From a virus (Duplodnaviria > Caudoviricetes), in IMG/VR virus record IMGVR_UViG_3300020138_000014, positions 1 through 38,972 of that record: DNA of 38,972 bases. One strand, written 5' to 3'. A program made the position numbers and the translations under genes. Numbering within the stretch: the stretch's first letter is position 1; every line of letters starts with the position of its first letter. The notes under the pieces were generated by a model. The model was not told the DNA's origin. It worked only from the letters and a program-made list of their open reading frames with translations, and did no database searches. This document shows positions 7,642 to 17,423 of the stretch, piece by piece.

Positions 7642-7858
7642 GTGCCGACTCCTGCGCCTCGCACGCGCGCGCCCATTCGACCAGCCGCGCGGCCATGCCG
7701 TCGCCAGTGGCCAGCAGCACGCGATCGTCGATGCCATCGCGCACGAACGCGCGGAAATCCAGCCCGTGCCGCGCGAACCACTCCGCGCCCTTGCCGCGGC
7801 AGTAGCCGATGCCGCCGCGCGAGGGAATCGTCCGGTAGTGGCGGTACGTCACGATCAT
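7634..7858 (-). CDS. Small tail assembly protein
   Basis: GYCRGKGAEWFARHGLDFRAFVRDGI...LLATGD; synteny. Confidence 0.8.
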   Translation of the reverse strand: MIVTYRHYRTIPSRGGIGYCRGKGAEWFARHGLDFRAFVRDGIDDRVLLATGDGMAARLVEWARACEAQESARG

Positions 7859-8298
7859 TTCTTGCCGCCCTTGCTGTAGATGGGGTCGCGGCCGACGACT
7901 TCGTAGAGCAGGATTCCGGTGTCCTCGTGCTCGAGCCAGACCGTGCCGCCGAAATCCTTCACCGCCGCGCCGTCTTCGACCGTCGGCGGCTCGTGCACCG
8001 GCTCCGCCGGCGGCTGCACGCGCGGGCGCAGGACGTAGGCCACGGCCGCGGCGACCACCGCAATGACCAGCTGCACCACCCACCACGCCACCGCGGCGGC
8101 CGGCTCGGCGGGCGACGGCGCGGCCGCCGGCAGCAACAGGGCCACGGCTGCGCGCAGCATCTGCCACAGCAGCACCAGCACGCTCACGACGAACAGCGCG
8201 GCATGCGCGCGGCGGCCGGCGTCGGTGTCCATCCACCAGTAGCGAATGCGCCAGCGGGCAACGTGGCGCAGGCGGCGGGCGCGGTCGATCAGCCCCAC
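7855..8298 (-). CDS. Tail assembly protein (start uncertain)
   Basis: Hydrophobic segment then PTVEDGAAVKDFGGTVW...IYSKGGKK. Confidence 0.7.
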   Translation of the reverse strand: MGLIDRARRLRHVARWRIRYWWMDTDAGRRAHAALFVVSVLVLLWQMLRAAVALLLPAAAPSPAEPAAAVAWWVVQLVIAVVAAAVAYVLRPRVQPPAEPVHEPPTVEDGAAVKDFGGTVWLEHEDTGILLYEVVGRDPIYSKGGKK

Positions 8299-9353
8299 GA
8301 CATCGACTCCCCGCCGAGGATGGGGTCTTTCGACGGCCTGTAGATCGCGCCGCCGTAGTGATTCTGCGGATCCGGCCGGCGCGCGGCGCACGCGGCCCAG
8401 GTGCCGGGGCAGTTGGGCGTGGCGTCGACGGCCGCGCCGCTCTCCAGGCCCTCGCCGGCCCACAGCAGCGTGATCTGCCCCGTCGCCTGGTTGTGCGCGG
8501 TGATCGGGCGAGACTCGCGCAGGCCGTCGGAGCGCGTCCAGGTGGCCCAGCCGGACTGCAGGGCGAACGGCGTGCCCACCCATTCCGCGGCGGTGAGCGT
8601 GAGCCCGCTCACGTCCGTCAGCGTGCCGCGCACGGTGAACTGCGGCGCGGTGTGCGCGGTCACCTCGGCATCGGCGGCGAGCCCCGTCGCATCATCGAGC
8701 GTCAGCGTGTCACCGGCCTGCGCCACGACGGCGGCGGTGTGCAGCACGTCGTCGTCGATCCACCACACGCCGACGAGCCCTGCCGGCGCGTCGGCGAACT
8801 CCGGCGCGGTGATGTCGTTGCCGACGACGGCGCTCAGCGTGCCGGCGACCTCGAGCGGCCCGGCGACGAGGTTGCAGCCGCGGATGCCGGTGCTGTAGAC
8901 GGTTTTGAAACAACTGCGCTGGAGTTTCGGCCCCTGGTTGCCGGCGGCGCCGGCCGGCGGGTTCGGGTCGCAGGTCAGCTCCAGCTGCGCGTCGTCGTAG
9001 ACCGGCTGCACGGCCCAGCCGGTCCACTCGACGCGCGGCGGGTCCTCGCTGTCCGGGTTCCACGACAGGCAGGTAACGGTGATCGGGTCGCTGGGGATGT
9101 AGGGGCGCCACCAGTTGCCGACCTGCTGCGTCGACGGCCAGCCGGTCGGCGGCTCGGTCACGCCGACGCTGTAGGCCATGCGGATCTTGAGCTTGTCCTT
9201 CGCGCGCTCGGCGGTCTGCCGGATCGCATCGCGCTCGATCTGCGCGGCGGTGTAGACGTGCTCGCCGATCGTGACGTCGCGGTCGGCCGAGGCGAAGCGC
9301 AGGGACACGCCCTGGCGGCGGAATACGAAGAGGTGGGTCTCGCGCTCAGACAT
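8289..9353 (-). CDS. DUF2163/BR0599-type tail hub protein
   Basis: LRFASADRD, QRSCFKTVYS..GC and CPGTWAAC...NHYGG cysteine motifs. Confidence 0.8.
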   Translation of the reverse strand: MSERETHLFVFRRQGVSLRFASADRDVTIGEHVYTAAQIERDAIRQTAERAKDKLKIRMAYSVGVTEPPTGWPSTQQVGNWWRPYIPSDPITVTCLSWNPDSEDPPRVEWTGWAVQPVYDDAQLELTCDPNPPAGAAGNQGPKLQRSCFKTVYSTGIRGCNLVAGPLEVAGTLSAVVGNDITAPEFADAPAGLVGVWWIDDDVLHTAAVVAQAGDTLTLDDATGLAADAEVTAHTAPQFTVRGTLTDVSGLTLTAAEWVGTPFALQSGWATWTRSDGLRESRPITAHNQATGQITLLWAGEGLESGAAVDATPNCPGTWAACAARRPDPQNHYGGAIYRPSKDPILGGESMSWG

Positions 9354-10557
9354 CGGGCACCACCGCCTGCCATGCCGTGATTCCGGTGGAGACGCCGTTG
9401 GTCAGGTGGCGGATCTCCGCGTTGTCGCTGGCCAGCGTGGATAGCGCCATGATCGACACCTGGCGGACCTGCGCGGGCGCGATCGCGCCGCTGCTGAGCG
9501 AGGCGTCGAGCGTCAGCGTCTCGGTCTCGCCGGCTTCGACGGCAGCGACGACCCGGCGGTACAGCACCGTGCCGTCGACCAGCTCGACGCACAGGTCGCG
9601 GCGGTTGGGCTTGTCCAGGCCGAACAGCGTGTAGCCGGCCCACTCGATCGAGAGGGCGGTACTGCCGCCGGCGATCGGCGCGGCCGCCTGCAGATCCGCG
9701 TTCCAGGACGGTACCCAGATCGGCCGCTGCCGCCCGCGCAGCAGATACAGCAGCGAGCGGAACCAGCCGCGGCGGGCGCGGTTGGGGAACGTCCAGCTGT
9801 CGCGCTGCACGCGCAGGGCGATGCCCGGCAGGTCGGCGGTCACCGGCAGGCCGGCGCCGAAGTCGACCGTCTCGCGCAGGCCGGCGAAGCCGTGGGTCGG
9901 GTCCTCGCTCTTGTCCGGCCGCGCGTTGAGCACCGGGTAGCCCAGGTACGCCGGCAGGTCCGCCAGCGGCGCCCAGTCGCAGGGCTCCAGGATGTCGAAG
10001 GTCAGGGAGCGCCGGCTGAACTGGGCCGTGCGCATCGCCGCCTCAGCGCCGTCCTGCGCGATGGCGCGGCGCAGGGGATACAACCGGGCGCCGCGTCCGT
10101 GGTCGGCCGCCGTGGGCGCGCCCAGGGCGATGTGGTCGGCCTCGACGGCGTCGATGTCCACAACCTCCCAGTCGTTGACCGCCGCGGCGCTGTTGGTGGC
10201 GCTGTAGAGCAGCGCCTGGCCGCCCGCCACGAAGTCGAAGCCCGCCGTCTCGCACGGCACCGCCTCGGCGCCCGCCGCCAGCGGCGCCGCCAGGCGCTGC
10301 ACGTCCGGCCAGACAGGCAGCAGCCACGTGCCGCGCCCGCCGGCCAGCAGCATGTCGACCACGCGATGCCGGCCCGCGGCCGCGGCCACCTCGAATGTCC
10401 AGCTGCGGCGCGGCCCCAGCCGGTACGAGCGCGCGTGCGTCGCCGCCGTGGCGCTCGACTGGCTCACGTCCGTCGCCCAGGCCAGCATTTCCGACATGCC
10501 GCCCGTCCAGTCCGGCGCCACCGGCCAGACCTTCGCGCTCGCGGACCCGAACGCCAT
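9346..10557 (-). CDS. Minor (distal) tail protein
   Basis: PDWTGGMSEMLAWATDV...PRRS, LRGRQRPIWVPSW; directly after the tape measure gene. Confidence 0.8.
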   Translation of the reverse strand: MAFGSASAKVWPVAPDWTGGMSEMLAWATDVSQSSATAATHARSYRLGPRRSWTFEVAAAAGRHRVVDMLLAGGRGTWLLPVWPDVQRLAAPLAAGAEAVPCETAGFDFVAGGQALLYSATNSAAAVNDWEVVDIDAVEADHIALGAPTAADHGRGARLYPLRRAIAQDGAEAAMRTAQFSRRSLTFDILEPCDWAPLADLPAYLGYPVLNARPDKSEDPTHGFAGLRETVDFGAGLPVTADLPGIALRVQRDSWTFPNRARRGWFRSLLYLLRGRQRPIWVPSWNADLQAAAPIAGGSTALSIEWAGYTLFGLDKPNRRDLCVELVDGTVLYRRVVAAVEAGETETLTLDASLSSGAIAPAQVRQVSIMALSTLASDNAEIRHLTNGVSTGITAWQAVVPDV

Positions 10558-13271
10558 CAGCCGCCCCACTGCGCGCGGATGGCGCTGCCGTTGTTGCCGG
10601 TGATCTCGACCAGCTGCTTTTCGCCCGCCGCCGACGACATGTACTCGCGAATGGCCGCCCCCAGGTTGGCGTAGAGGTAGAAGTTCGCCTGGCTCGTCGC
10701 GCCGCCCGCGCCGGCCGCGCCCTCGGCCGCCGGGGAATTGGGGCTGTAGGCGGTGATCGGCGCCGACACGCGCCCGCCGGCGGCGAAGCCGCGGCGCTGG
10801 TAGTCGAACACCGCCGCCATGCCGCGCGCGTTGAAGTCGTCGAGGAACGCGTAGGCGCCGGGCTGGCGCGCCGAGCGGGCGCGCACCATGAACTCGTCGT
10901 TCGACGCCCAGATCGGGATGCTGTCGCTGGTGCCGGTACCGGGCCCGCGGATCTTGCCGCCCGTGGCGTAGCCGGACGCGCCGGAGTAGTTGGCCCCGGA
11001 CAGGAGCGACGCGATCTGCGCACCCTGCGCAAACGCCGCGGCGATCAGCGGCAGGTTCTGCGGGAACCCGACCTTGGACGCCTCCGCGACGTTCTGCGCC
11101 AGGGCCACGGCCGCCTGCGCCACCGCGAAGCCCTTGCTCAGCGCGAACAGCACCTGGTAGGCCTTGCTCTGCTCGCCGGCGCCGTGGCGGGCGATCTCGG
11201 CCATCGACGCGAACATCGACTGCGTGCTGGCGATCGCCAGCTCACGCCGCGCGGTCTGCAGGGAAGCGAGCCGGTCCTGGTGCTCCAGCTCGAGCTGCTC
11301 TTCCTGCCGCCGCCAGAATTCCTCGGTCTCCTGACCCTTCGCGCGGCCGGCGGCGATGATCTGCGCGCGGGTGTCGTAATGCGCCTGCAGTTGGATCGCG
11401 TACTCATCCAGGCGGGCCTGCTCGCCGCCGAAGCCGGTCATGTCGGTCCAGGGCGCGTCCAGCAATGGTGCCTCGCCCAGTCCGCCCATGATGCGGGCCA
11501 GCCCATCGCGGTACTGCGAGGCGTCGACGATGCCGGACTCGAGCGCGGCGTTGAGGTCCTCGATCTGCGCGGTGGCCGCGGCGACGGCCGCCTCGGCCGG
11601 GGTGCGCAGTTCCTCGCGCAGCCGCTCGTAGGCGAGCGTGGTCTCTTCGAGTTCTTGCCGGCGCTCTTCCTCGGCTTTGATCTCGGCCAGCTGCGCGTCG
11701 CGGCGGCGGGCGGCAGCCAGCAGTGCCTGCTGGGTCGCCCGGATGGACAGCTGCAGGTTGCCGGACTTGATCTCGTAGCCAACGCGCGCTTCGTTGCTCA
11801 GTTCGCGCTCGCCGTCGGCCAGGAGGCTGGTCAGCGCGATCTGCCTTTCCAGGTTGTCCAGCTCGCGCTGCGCGGCCTGCTCGGCCTGCTGCGCCTCGGT
11901 CAACTTCGCGGCGCCGCGGCTGGTGCGCCGGGATTCGGCATCGGCGTAGCGCTTGCGAATCGCCGCCTCGCGCTTGGCTACTTCCTCGGCGCCGATGTCC
12001 AGCTTCAGCGCCTCGGCCTTCATGGCCCTGATCTCGTTTTCCATCCGCAGCTGGTTGGACAGCGTGCGCTCCAGGTCGCGCGCGGCCGCCTTTCTCCACT
12101 CATCGCGCGCGCGCTCTTCGGCGGCCACGACCGGGTCGGATGTCGTGGCGTTGGAGAAATCCGGAGCGCCATCGCGCCGCGCCAGGAGGGATGCGGCGAA
12201 GTTCCGCGCGCCGGCCGGGCCGCCGAGCAGATTGCCGATGCCCGGCATCATGCCGACCATGCTGGCCAGCCGATCGCGCGCGGCGCTGATCTGGTCGCCG
12301 CGGTAGATGCCGACCATCTCGTCCCAGGCCGTGGCCGCGGCGCCCTTCAGCCCGCGCCAGAACTCCTGCAGCGGGCTCAGCGCCTCGATCATGCGCGGCG
12401 CGCGGCCGTCGATCTCCGATGCGTAGATCCGGAAGGCCTCGGTCACGGCCTCCTGTTCGCGCCCTTCCTCGATCAGCGCGCGCACCCGCGCAAGCTGTGC
12501 CTCGGTGAGGAAATGCTCTTTCTCTGTCAGGTCGAGCAGCGCGGCCACCGGGTCGCCCTGCAGGGCGCGGAACCTTGCGATGGTGTCGTCGATCGACGCG
12601 CCGGTGGCCGCACTCCACGTGGTAGCCGCGCGGGTTGCCAGCTCGAACTGCTCGCCGGTGAACTCGCCGGACGCGGCCACCTGGGCCACGGCCTCGGCGG
12701 CCTTGCGCGTGGTCACGCTATCGATGGCGTCCAGCTCGCGCGCGAACGCGGCCAGCTCCTCGCGAGTCTTGCCCACGTAGCCGCCCGTGGTGATCAGCGC
12801 CTGGTCGTAGGCGGTGCTTTCCGCCCACGCCTGGCGCATGGCCTGCACGCTCACGGCGATCGCGGCGGCCAGCCCGCCGAGCGCGGCCGTGGTGCCGATG
12901 GCGCCGGCGCGCAGGCCGCCCTGCAGCAGCGCCTCGCCGGCGCCCGCGATGTCGCCGCCGCGCAGCTTCTTCGCCGTGTCCAGCGCGGTGCGCTGCGAGT
13001 TGGAGAGCCGCCGCGTCTTCTTCTCGACATCGTCGAGGGCGGCGGCCTCGTTCTTCAGTCCGGCCGCGGCCTGGCGCGCGGACTCGCCGACGGCCCGGTT
13101 GCCCTGGCCGAACGACTGCAGCGTCGCGGTCGCGCGTTGCAGCTCGCCCCGGGTCAGCCGGGTGTAGCCGGTGGCGGCCTGCAGGTCGGTGTTGAACCCG
13201 CGCACCTGCCGGCGCGCATCGACCAGGTCCGCCCGGATGCGGAGCGCGAGTTCAAGGTCCGGGGTGGCCAC
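10557..13271 (-). CDS. Tail tape measure protein
   Basis: 904 aa, Ala-rich and helical; GYATGGKIRGPGTGTSDSIPIWASNDEF motif. Confidence 0.92.
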   Translation of the reverse strand: MATPDLELALRIRADLVDARRQVRGFNTDLQAATGYTRLTRGELQRATATLQSFGQGNRAVGESARQAAAGLKNEAAALDDVEKKTRRLSNSQRTALDTAKKLRGGDIAGAGEALLQGGLRAGAIGTTAALGGLAAAIAVSVQAMRQAWAESTAYDQALITTGGYVGKTREELAAFARELDAIDSVTTRKAAEAVAQVAASGEFTGEQFELATRAATTWSAATGASIDDTIARFRALQGDPVAALLDLTEKEHFLTEAQLARVRALIEEGREQEAVTEAFRIYASEIDGRAPRMIEALSPLQEFWRGLKGAAATAWDEMVGIYRGDQISAARDRLASMVGMMPGIGNLLGGPAGARNFAASLLARRDGAPDFSNATTSDPVVAAEERARDEWRKAAARDLERTLSNQLRMENEIRAMKAEALKLDIGAEEVAKREAAIRKRYADAESRRTSRGAAKLTEAQQAEQAAQRELDNLERQIALTSLLADGERELSNEARVGYEIKSGNLQLSIRATQQALLAAARRRDAQLAEIKAEEERRQELEETTLAYERLREELRTPAEAAVAAATAQIEDLNAALESGIVDASQYRDGLARIMGGLGEAPLLDAPWTDMTGFGGEQARLDEYAIQLQAHYDTRAQIIAAGRAKGQETEEFWRRQEEQLELEHQDRLASLQTARRELAIASTQSMFASMAEIARHGAGEQSKAYQVLFALSKGFAVAQAAVALAQNVAEASKVGFPQNLPLIAAAFAQGAQIASLLSGANYSGASGYATGGKIRGPGTGTSDSIPIWASNDEFMVRARSARQPGAYAFLDDFNARGMAAVFDYQRRGFAAGGRVSAPITAYSPNSPAAEGAAGAGGATSQANFYLYANLGAAIREYMSSAAGEKQLVEITGNNGSAIRAQWGG

Positions 13272-13273
13272 AG

Positions 13274-13552
13274 TCAGGTCTCCAGGTCATGCATCAGCTG
13301 GTTGGCGTGTTTGCCGCCGGCGAAGGCGGCGTTGACGTCAGCGATGCGGTCCACCCGCCCGCGGCGATGCGCCGCCATCGCCTCTTCGAAGAACAACTGC
13401 ATCTGCCGCCAGGTGTGGCGCCCGCCGATGTCGGCCGGCGTGCGGCCGTGCCCGCGCGCGATCAGGGCGGCGTAGATCTCGGCGATGCCGACGACGCGTC
13501 GCTTGCCGCCTGGACGCTGCGCGCCCGCCGCTGCAGGCGCCGGGTAAAAAAA
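13274..13552 (-). CDS. Tail assembly chaperone -1 frameshift extension (gpGT-like)
   Basis: T TTT TTT slippery site at 13546-13552; -1 frame open to the stop just before the tape measure gene. Confidence 0.7.
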   Translation of the reverse strand, partial: FFYPAPAAAGAQRPGGKRRVVGIAEIYAALIARGHGRTPADIGGRHTWRQMQLFFEEAMAAHRRGRVDRIADVNAAFAGGKHANQLMHDLET

Positions 13553-13995
13553 CCGCGGTTCACCCCCCACCACGCGACCGAGAGCAGGTCGCCCTCGACG
13601 TCGTCGAGCTGCCCCACCCAGCGGGCGTTGTCCTTCACCGCGGCGTAGAACGCGTCGGGCTTCTCGTCGCTGAGCGGGGTGATCGCGTGCGCGATCAGCC
13701 ACTGCACGACGAAGATGTGCTTGCCCAGCACCGCGTTCACCTCGTCGATCATCGGCGCCGCGCCGTCCCGGGCGAACGCGAGGTACAGATCGTCCAGGAA
13801 CACGGCAGCGCCGGCCTGCAGGTACATCCCCTCGACGTACGTGTACTCGCGCACCACCACCGTACGGCCGGCGATCTCGATCGCCCGCTCCGGGTGCAGC
13901 ACCTCCAGCGTGGCGGCGTCGGCCGCGGCGGCCGACGCAGCAGCCGACGCCGCCGCCTGGGCAGGATCGACCGGCTTGTCGATCTTGACCGCCAT
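13462..13995 (-). CDS. Tail assembly chaperone (gpG-like)
   Basis: LEVLHPER...VREY...WWGVNRGFF; lies between tail tube and tape measure genes. Confidence 0.8.
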   Translation of the reverse strand: MAVKIDKPVDPAQAAASAAASAAAADAATLEVLHPERAIEIAGRTVVVREYTYVEGMYLQAGAAVFLDDLYLAFARDGAAPMIDEVNAVLGKHIFVVQWLIAHAITPLSDEKPDAFYAAVKDNARWVGQLDDVEGDLLSVAWWGVNRGFFTRRLQRRARSVQAASDASSASPRSTPP

Positions 13996-13999
13996 GCCG

Positions 14000-14755
14000 T
14001 CAGGCCGCCGCGAGGATGAACTTGCCGAACGGGTAGTTCGGGTCAGTGCCGTCGAAGAGCGCCTCGCCCTCCATCTCCATCGTGCCGACGCCCTCGTTGT
14101 TGATCAGCGAGAGGCTGCTCATGGGCCGGGCGGTGTGGCGCGGGATCTCCATGTAGCAGCGCGACTTGCTGACGGTCTCGATGCCGTCGAACACCAGCCA
14201 GTGGTCATCCGGGCGCGTGGTCAGCAGCGACAGCGCGTTGGAGTTGGCGTAGCTGTAGCTGGCCAGGACCGGCGGGGTCAGACCTTCCAGGTCGAGGATC
14301 TCGCCGTGCCCCGCGAAGGCGCTGACCTGCGCGTAGTGCGTGCCCGCGACCAGCGACACCGGCGTACCGGTCGAGTCCACCAGAGACCAGTCGGACGTGT
14401 TCTGGTGGTCCAGCGCGAAGTAGTCGCCGGCCACCAGGCCGGTCGGCAGCGCCTCGGCGCTGACCGTGCCGCCCTCCACCAGGTACTTGCTCGCCCACAG
14501 CCCGCGAGCCAGGTTGTCGATGGTGAAGCCGTGCAGCGTCAGCGCGGTGGTCAGACCCTTCTCGATCTCGATCACCAGGTCCTTCATCTTGTTGCCGGAG
14601 TGCGACTCCTTGATCGACTCCTCGTCGACCTGCATCGACACGTCCAGCCGCGGCACGTTCTGGGCCCAGACGCCGGCGCCCTTGCGGCCGTTGGACTGCC
14701 GCTTGAAGTAGCTCACGCGGCCCTGCAGCGAGTAGTACTTGGTCACGGTGGACAT
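14000..14755 (-). CDS. Major tail tube protein
   Basis: YYSLQGRV...ESHSG...FDGIETV; position. Confidence 0.85.
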   Translation of the reverse strand: MSTVTKYYSLQGRVSYFKRQSNGRKGAGVWAQNVPRLDVSMQVDEESIKESHSGNKMKDLVIEIEKGLTTALTLHGFTIDNLARGLWASKYLVEGGTVSAEALPTGLVAGDYFALDHQNTSDWSLVDSTGTPVSLVAGTHYAQVSAFAGHGEILDLEGLTPPVLASYSYANSNALSLLTTRPDDHWLVFDGIETVSKSRCYMEIPRHTARPMSSLSLINNEGVGTMEMEGEALFDGTDPNYPFGKFILAAA

Positions 14756-14928
14756 TACTGCGCCCCCTTCTTGGCGTCGGTGCCGGCGGCCGTCCCGATC
14801 TTGTTGTCGATCAGCCAGCGGGCGGTGGTCTCGTCCACGGTCAGCGTCTCGCCCTTGGCGATCGGCTTGCCCGCGTGGGTGTGCTTGTCGACCGTGATGG
14901 TCACGGCGACGGTCTTGGGAGTACTCAC
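14755..14928 (-). CDS. Small virion-associated protein
   Basis: HTHAGKPIAKGETLTVDETTARWL; GTG start overlapping the upstream stop. Confidence 0.7.
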   Translation of the reverse strand: MSTPKTVAVTITVDKHTHAGKPIAKGETLTVDETTARWLIDNKIGTAAGTDAKKGAQ

Positions 14929-15407
14929 GGTGAAATCTCCGGCTGGATGAGGTGTTGCGTGGCGTAAAGGTCCGTCCACAGCGCGACGGCGTTGTCGTAG
15001 GCGCCCAGGTCGCCCGTCAGGAGTTCGCAGGCGCGGCCACCGGCCACGTCCGGGGTCCAGCCGAGCAGCTGGTCGCGGGTCAGGCCGACGCGCAGCTCCA
15101 GTTCCTCGCGCAGCGCGTCGCCTTCGAGCTGGCGGTAGTTGCGGAAGGCGTGGATCACCGCGAAGGTCACGCTCATCACCTGGGCCAGCGGGTACTGCTC
15201 GCCCGGCATGCTCATGCCCTGCTCGGTGCGCACGCCCTTTTCCTTCGCCAGCAGCACGTAGCCGGCCGGCGCGGGAAAGTCGCCCAGGCGGCGCACCGAG
15301 GCATAGTCGGCGCGGCCGGCCACCATGCGCAGTCCGTCGTCGCCCTTCGACACCCGCGCGCGCAGGCGCTCGATCACCGGACCGACGCTGAAGGGCCGCG
15401 CGCTCAT
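14925..15407 (-). CDS. Tail terminator (Mu gp37-like)
   Basis: MSARPFSVGPVIERL...LLGWTP; synteny. Confidence 0.75.
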   Translation of the reverse strand: MSARPFSVGPVIERLRARVSKGDDGLRMVAGRADYASVRRLGDFPAPAGYVLLAKEKGVRTEQGMSMPGEQYPLAQVMSVTFAVIHAFRNYRQLEGDALREELELRVGLTRDQLLGWTPDVAGGRACELLTGDLGAYDNAVALWTDLYATQHLIQPEISP

Positions 15408-15931
15408 GCGCCGAAGTCCCGCAGCGTGCCCATCGTGAACCGGCGTTCGGGATGGCAGCTCTCGGGCGCGCCGGTGCTGGCCGGCGGCAGCGGATCCTCG
15501 GCGCCCAGGCTGAACCGGCCCTCGCGCGTCGCCTCCAGGAACTTGATCGCCTGGCGGTAGTCGCGAACGATCGGGTCGGTCTCCTCGCGCGTGTCGACGC
15601 GGTCCTTGTGCAGCAGGTAGCGCGCGATCCAGCGGGCCCAGACCGAGACGATCTCCGGCACCGGATCCAGCGGCACCGTGTACGGGCGCGGCTTGCGCAT
15701 CCGCAGGTAGCCGTCGATCACGCCATCGGCGTTGCGCAGCGCCTCCTCGATGTGCACCAGGGCCTGCGTGGCGACGGCCACGTCCGCGGGGTCGAAGCCC
15801 CCCACGTCGACGCCGCGCAGCACCGCCTCCATCAGGTCGTCGGCGACGATCGGCGAGCGCTCGGGCGTCGCGACCTGGGCCAGCTCGCGGGAGAGCCTGG
15901 CGTCGGCGAGGTTGATGGGCGTGCAGTACAT
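15404..15931 (-). CDS. Head-tail adaptor (Mu gp36/DUF1320)
   Basis: MYCT...ADGVIDGYL...IARYLL...RDYRQAIKFLE. Confidence 0.85.
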   Translation of the reverse strand: MYCTPINLADARLSRELAQVATPERSPIVADDLMEAVLRGVDVGGFDPADVAVATQALVHIEEALRNADGVIDGYLRMRKPRPYTVPLDPVPEIVSVWARWIARYLLHKDRVDTREETDPIVRDYRQAIKFLEATREGRFSLGAEDPLPPASTGAPESCHPERRFTMGTLRDFGA

Positions 15932-16012
15932 GTTGGCGGGGCGTCCTGGTGAAGTGATCGCGCGGGTCTGGCGGCGGCCCCATTGCCGCCGCCGGTCCGA
16001 CTTCGCGCGCGG

Positions 16013-16264
16013 TCAGGTATTCGTGTCGTCGGCGTCCGGCGCCGGCAGCTCGCCGGGCTCGGTGCCCAGCACGCCGGCCTCCTGGTACTCGCGCGCCTCG
16101 TCGGCGGTCATCTCGACGAACGCCGGCGGCTTGACCACGCCGCCGCGGAACTTGAACGGCCTCAGCACCTCGTACAGCGCGGTCTCGGCCTGGTCGACGG
16201 CCGGGGGCGCCGGCCGGGGCACGGGCGCGCGGCGGATGGTCTTGGCGGCTTTCTTGGTGGCCAC
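16013..16264 (-). CDS. Small head-associated protein
   Basis: GTG start with GAGGA RBS; MATKKAAK...YEVLRPFKFRG. Confidence 0.65.
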   Translation of the reverse strand: MATKKAAKTIRRAPVPRPAPPAVDQAETALYEVLRPFKFRGGVVKPPAFVEMTADEAREYQEAGVLGTEPGELPAPDADDTNT

Positions 16265-16388
16265 GGTGTGGTCCTCTGGCAATCGATGGGCGGGGGTGCC
16301 GTCTCTCCGGCTGTCACGCCAACCTGACGTTTGGGCGCCCCCCGGCATCTCGCTCGATGGAGGCACGCAGCGCTGCGCGCAGTTCGGA
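16265..16388 (-). ncRNA. Candidate structured RNA downstream of the major capsid gene (Mu-gpT-DE-like)
   Basis: GCGTGACAGCCGGAGAGACGGC (16298-16319) in the intergenic region after the capsid gene; family assignment from memory. Confidence 0.4.
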
Positions 16389-17345
16389 TCAGGTCGGCGA
16401 GGCGCCGGCGTCCTTGATCAGGTAGCCCGCCGTCACGCCGGACAGCACCGGGGTGCGGTCGTTGGTCACGCCGTACACCCACGAGCGCCGGTTCTGGTCG
16501 CGGTACGGCTGCTCCACGTTCGGCATGCCCGGGATCGTGTAGGTGTAGCCGTAGCTGGGCTCGGCGGCGTTGCGGCGGTTGCTGCCGGTCGGCGGCGCCA
16601 CGTAGGCCAGGATCACGTCATCGCCCCAGACGTCGCCGAAGTCGTCGTCCTGGCCGGTGGCCACCACCGCCTCGCCGACCACCACGTTCGGGATCTCCCA
16701 CATGTCGGCGAGGATCTGCGTGGTCAGCGTGCTGAACCCGCGGTGCTTGAGGTACTCGATGATCTTGGCGTTGGCCTTGGCCGCGGCATAGGCGCTGGCC
16801 GACAGCACGCAGGTGTTCGGGCGGATGCCGATCGAGGCGCGAATGGCGTTCTTGCCGGTCTCGATGTCGTCGGTCGGGTCGCCCGCGGAACCGCGCCAGC
16901 GGCTGGTGCTGGTCAGCGACACCTTGTGGTCGTTGTCGTAGTTCGCATCGTTCCGCGCGATGGTCGCCTGCTCGTGCTCGGTCTCGAGCTGGAACACGCC
17001 CAGCACCAGGTCGACCGCGTCGCTGGCCGAGTCGATGCCCGGCACCTTGAGCGCGTCGTTCGCGGTCTCGTCCGGCACCAGGGCCTCCAGCGCGCTGGGC
17101 ACGATGGCGTACTTCTCGCCTTCGTAGCCGAAGGCGACGCGCTTGGTCGCGCTGCCCGGCGCGCGCTTGGTGTTGTACAGGCGGAACGACTCTTTGCCGA
17201 ACGTGAGGATCTGGCCGCCGTACGTCTGCACCGTCGCCTGCGGGAACAGCATGTGGCCGACGTTGCCCGGGCGCTTGTAGCCCTGGGCGTGGGTGGTCAG
17301 GATCGGGTCGATGACGCGAGCCTGGGCGGGAGTCTGCTGGGTCAT
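16389..17345 (-). CDS. Major capsid protein
   Basis: MTQQTPAQARVIDPILT...FGKESF...PSYGYTY...AGYLI. Confidence 0.9.
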   Translation of the reverse strand: MTQQTPAQARVIDPILTTHAQGYKRPGNVGHMLFPQATVQTYGGQILTFGKESFRLYNTKRAPGSATKRVAFGYEGEKYAIVPSALEALVPDETANDALKVPGIDSASDAVDLVLGVFQLETEHEQATIARNDANYDNDHKVSLTSTSRWRGSAGDPTDDIETGKNAIRASIGIRPNTCVLSASAYAAAKANAKIIEYLKHRGFSTLTTQILADMWEIPNVVVGEAVVATGQDDDFGDVWGDDVILAYVAPPTGSNRRNAAEPSYGYTYTIPGMPNVEQPYRDQNRRSWVYGVTNDRTPVLSGVTAGYLIKDAGASPT

Positions 17346-17423
17346 GGTCTTTGCTCTCGGTAGCGGGTGATGACGCGGCAACGCCGCTCAGGTCGGTGGA
17401 TCGGTGGAATCGCGGTGCGGCGG

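Noticed and set aside
10395-13475. Long plus-strand ORFs over the late region (also 5041-7056, 20449-22524, 22461-24551) and minus-strand ORFs over the transposase
   Set aside because: Antisense shadows of real high-GC genes; no motifs or RBS.
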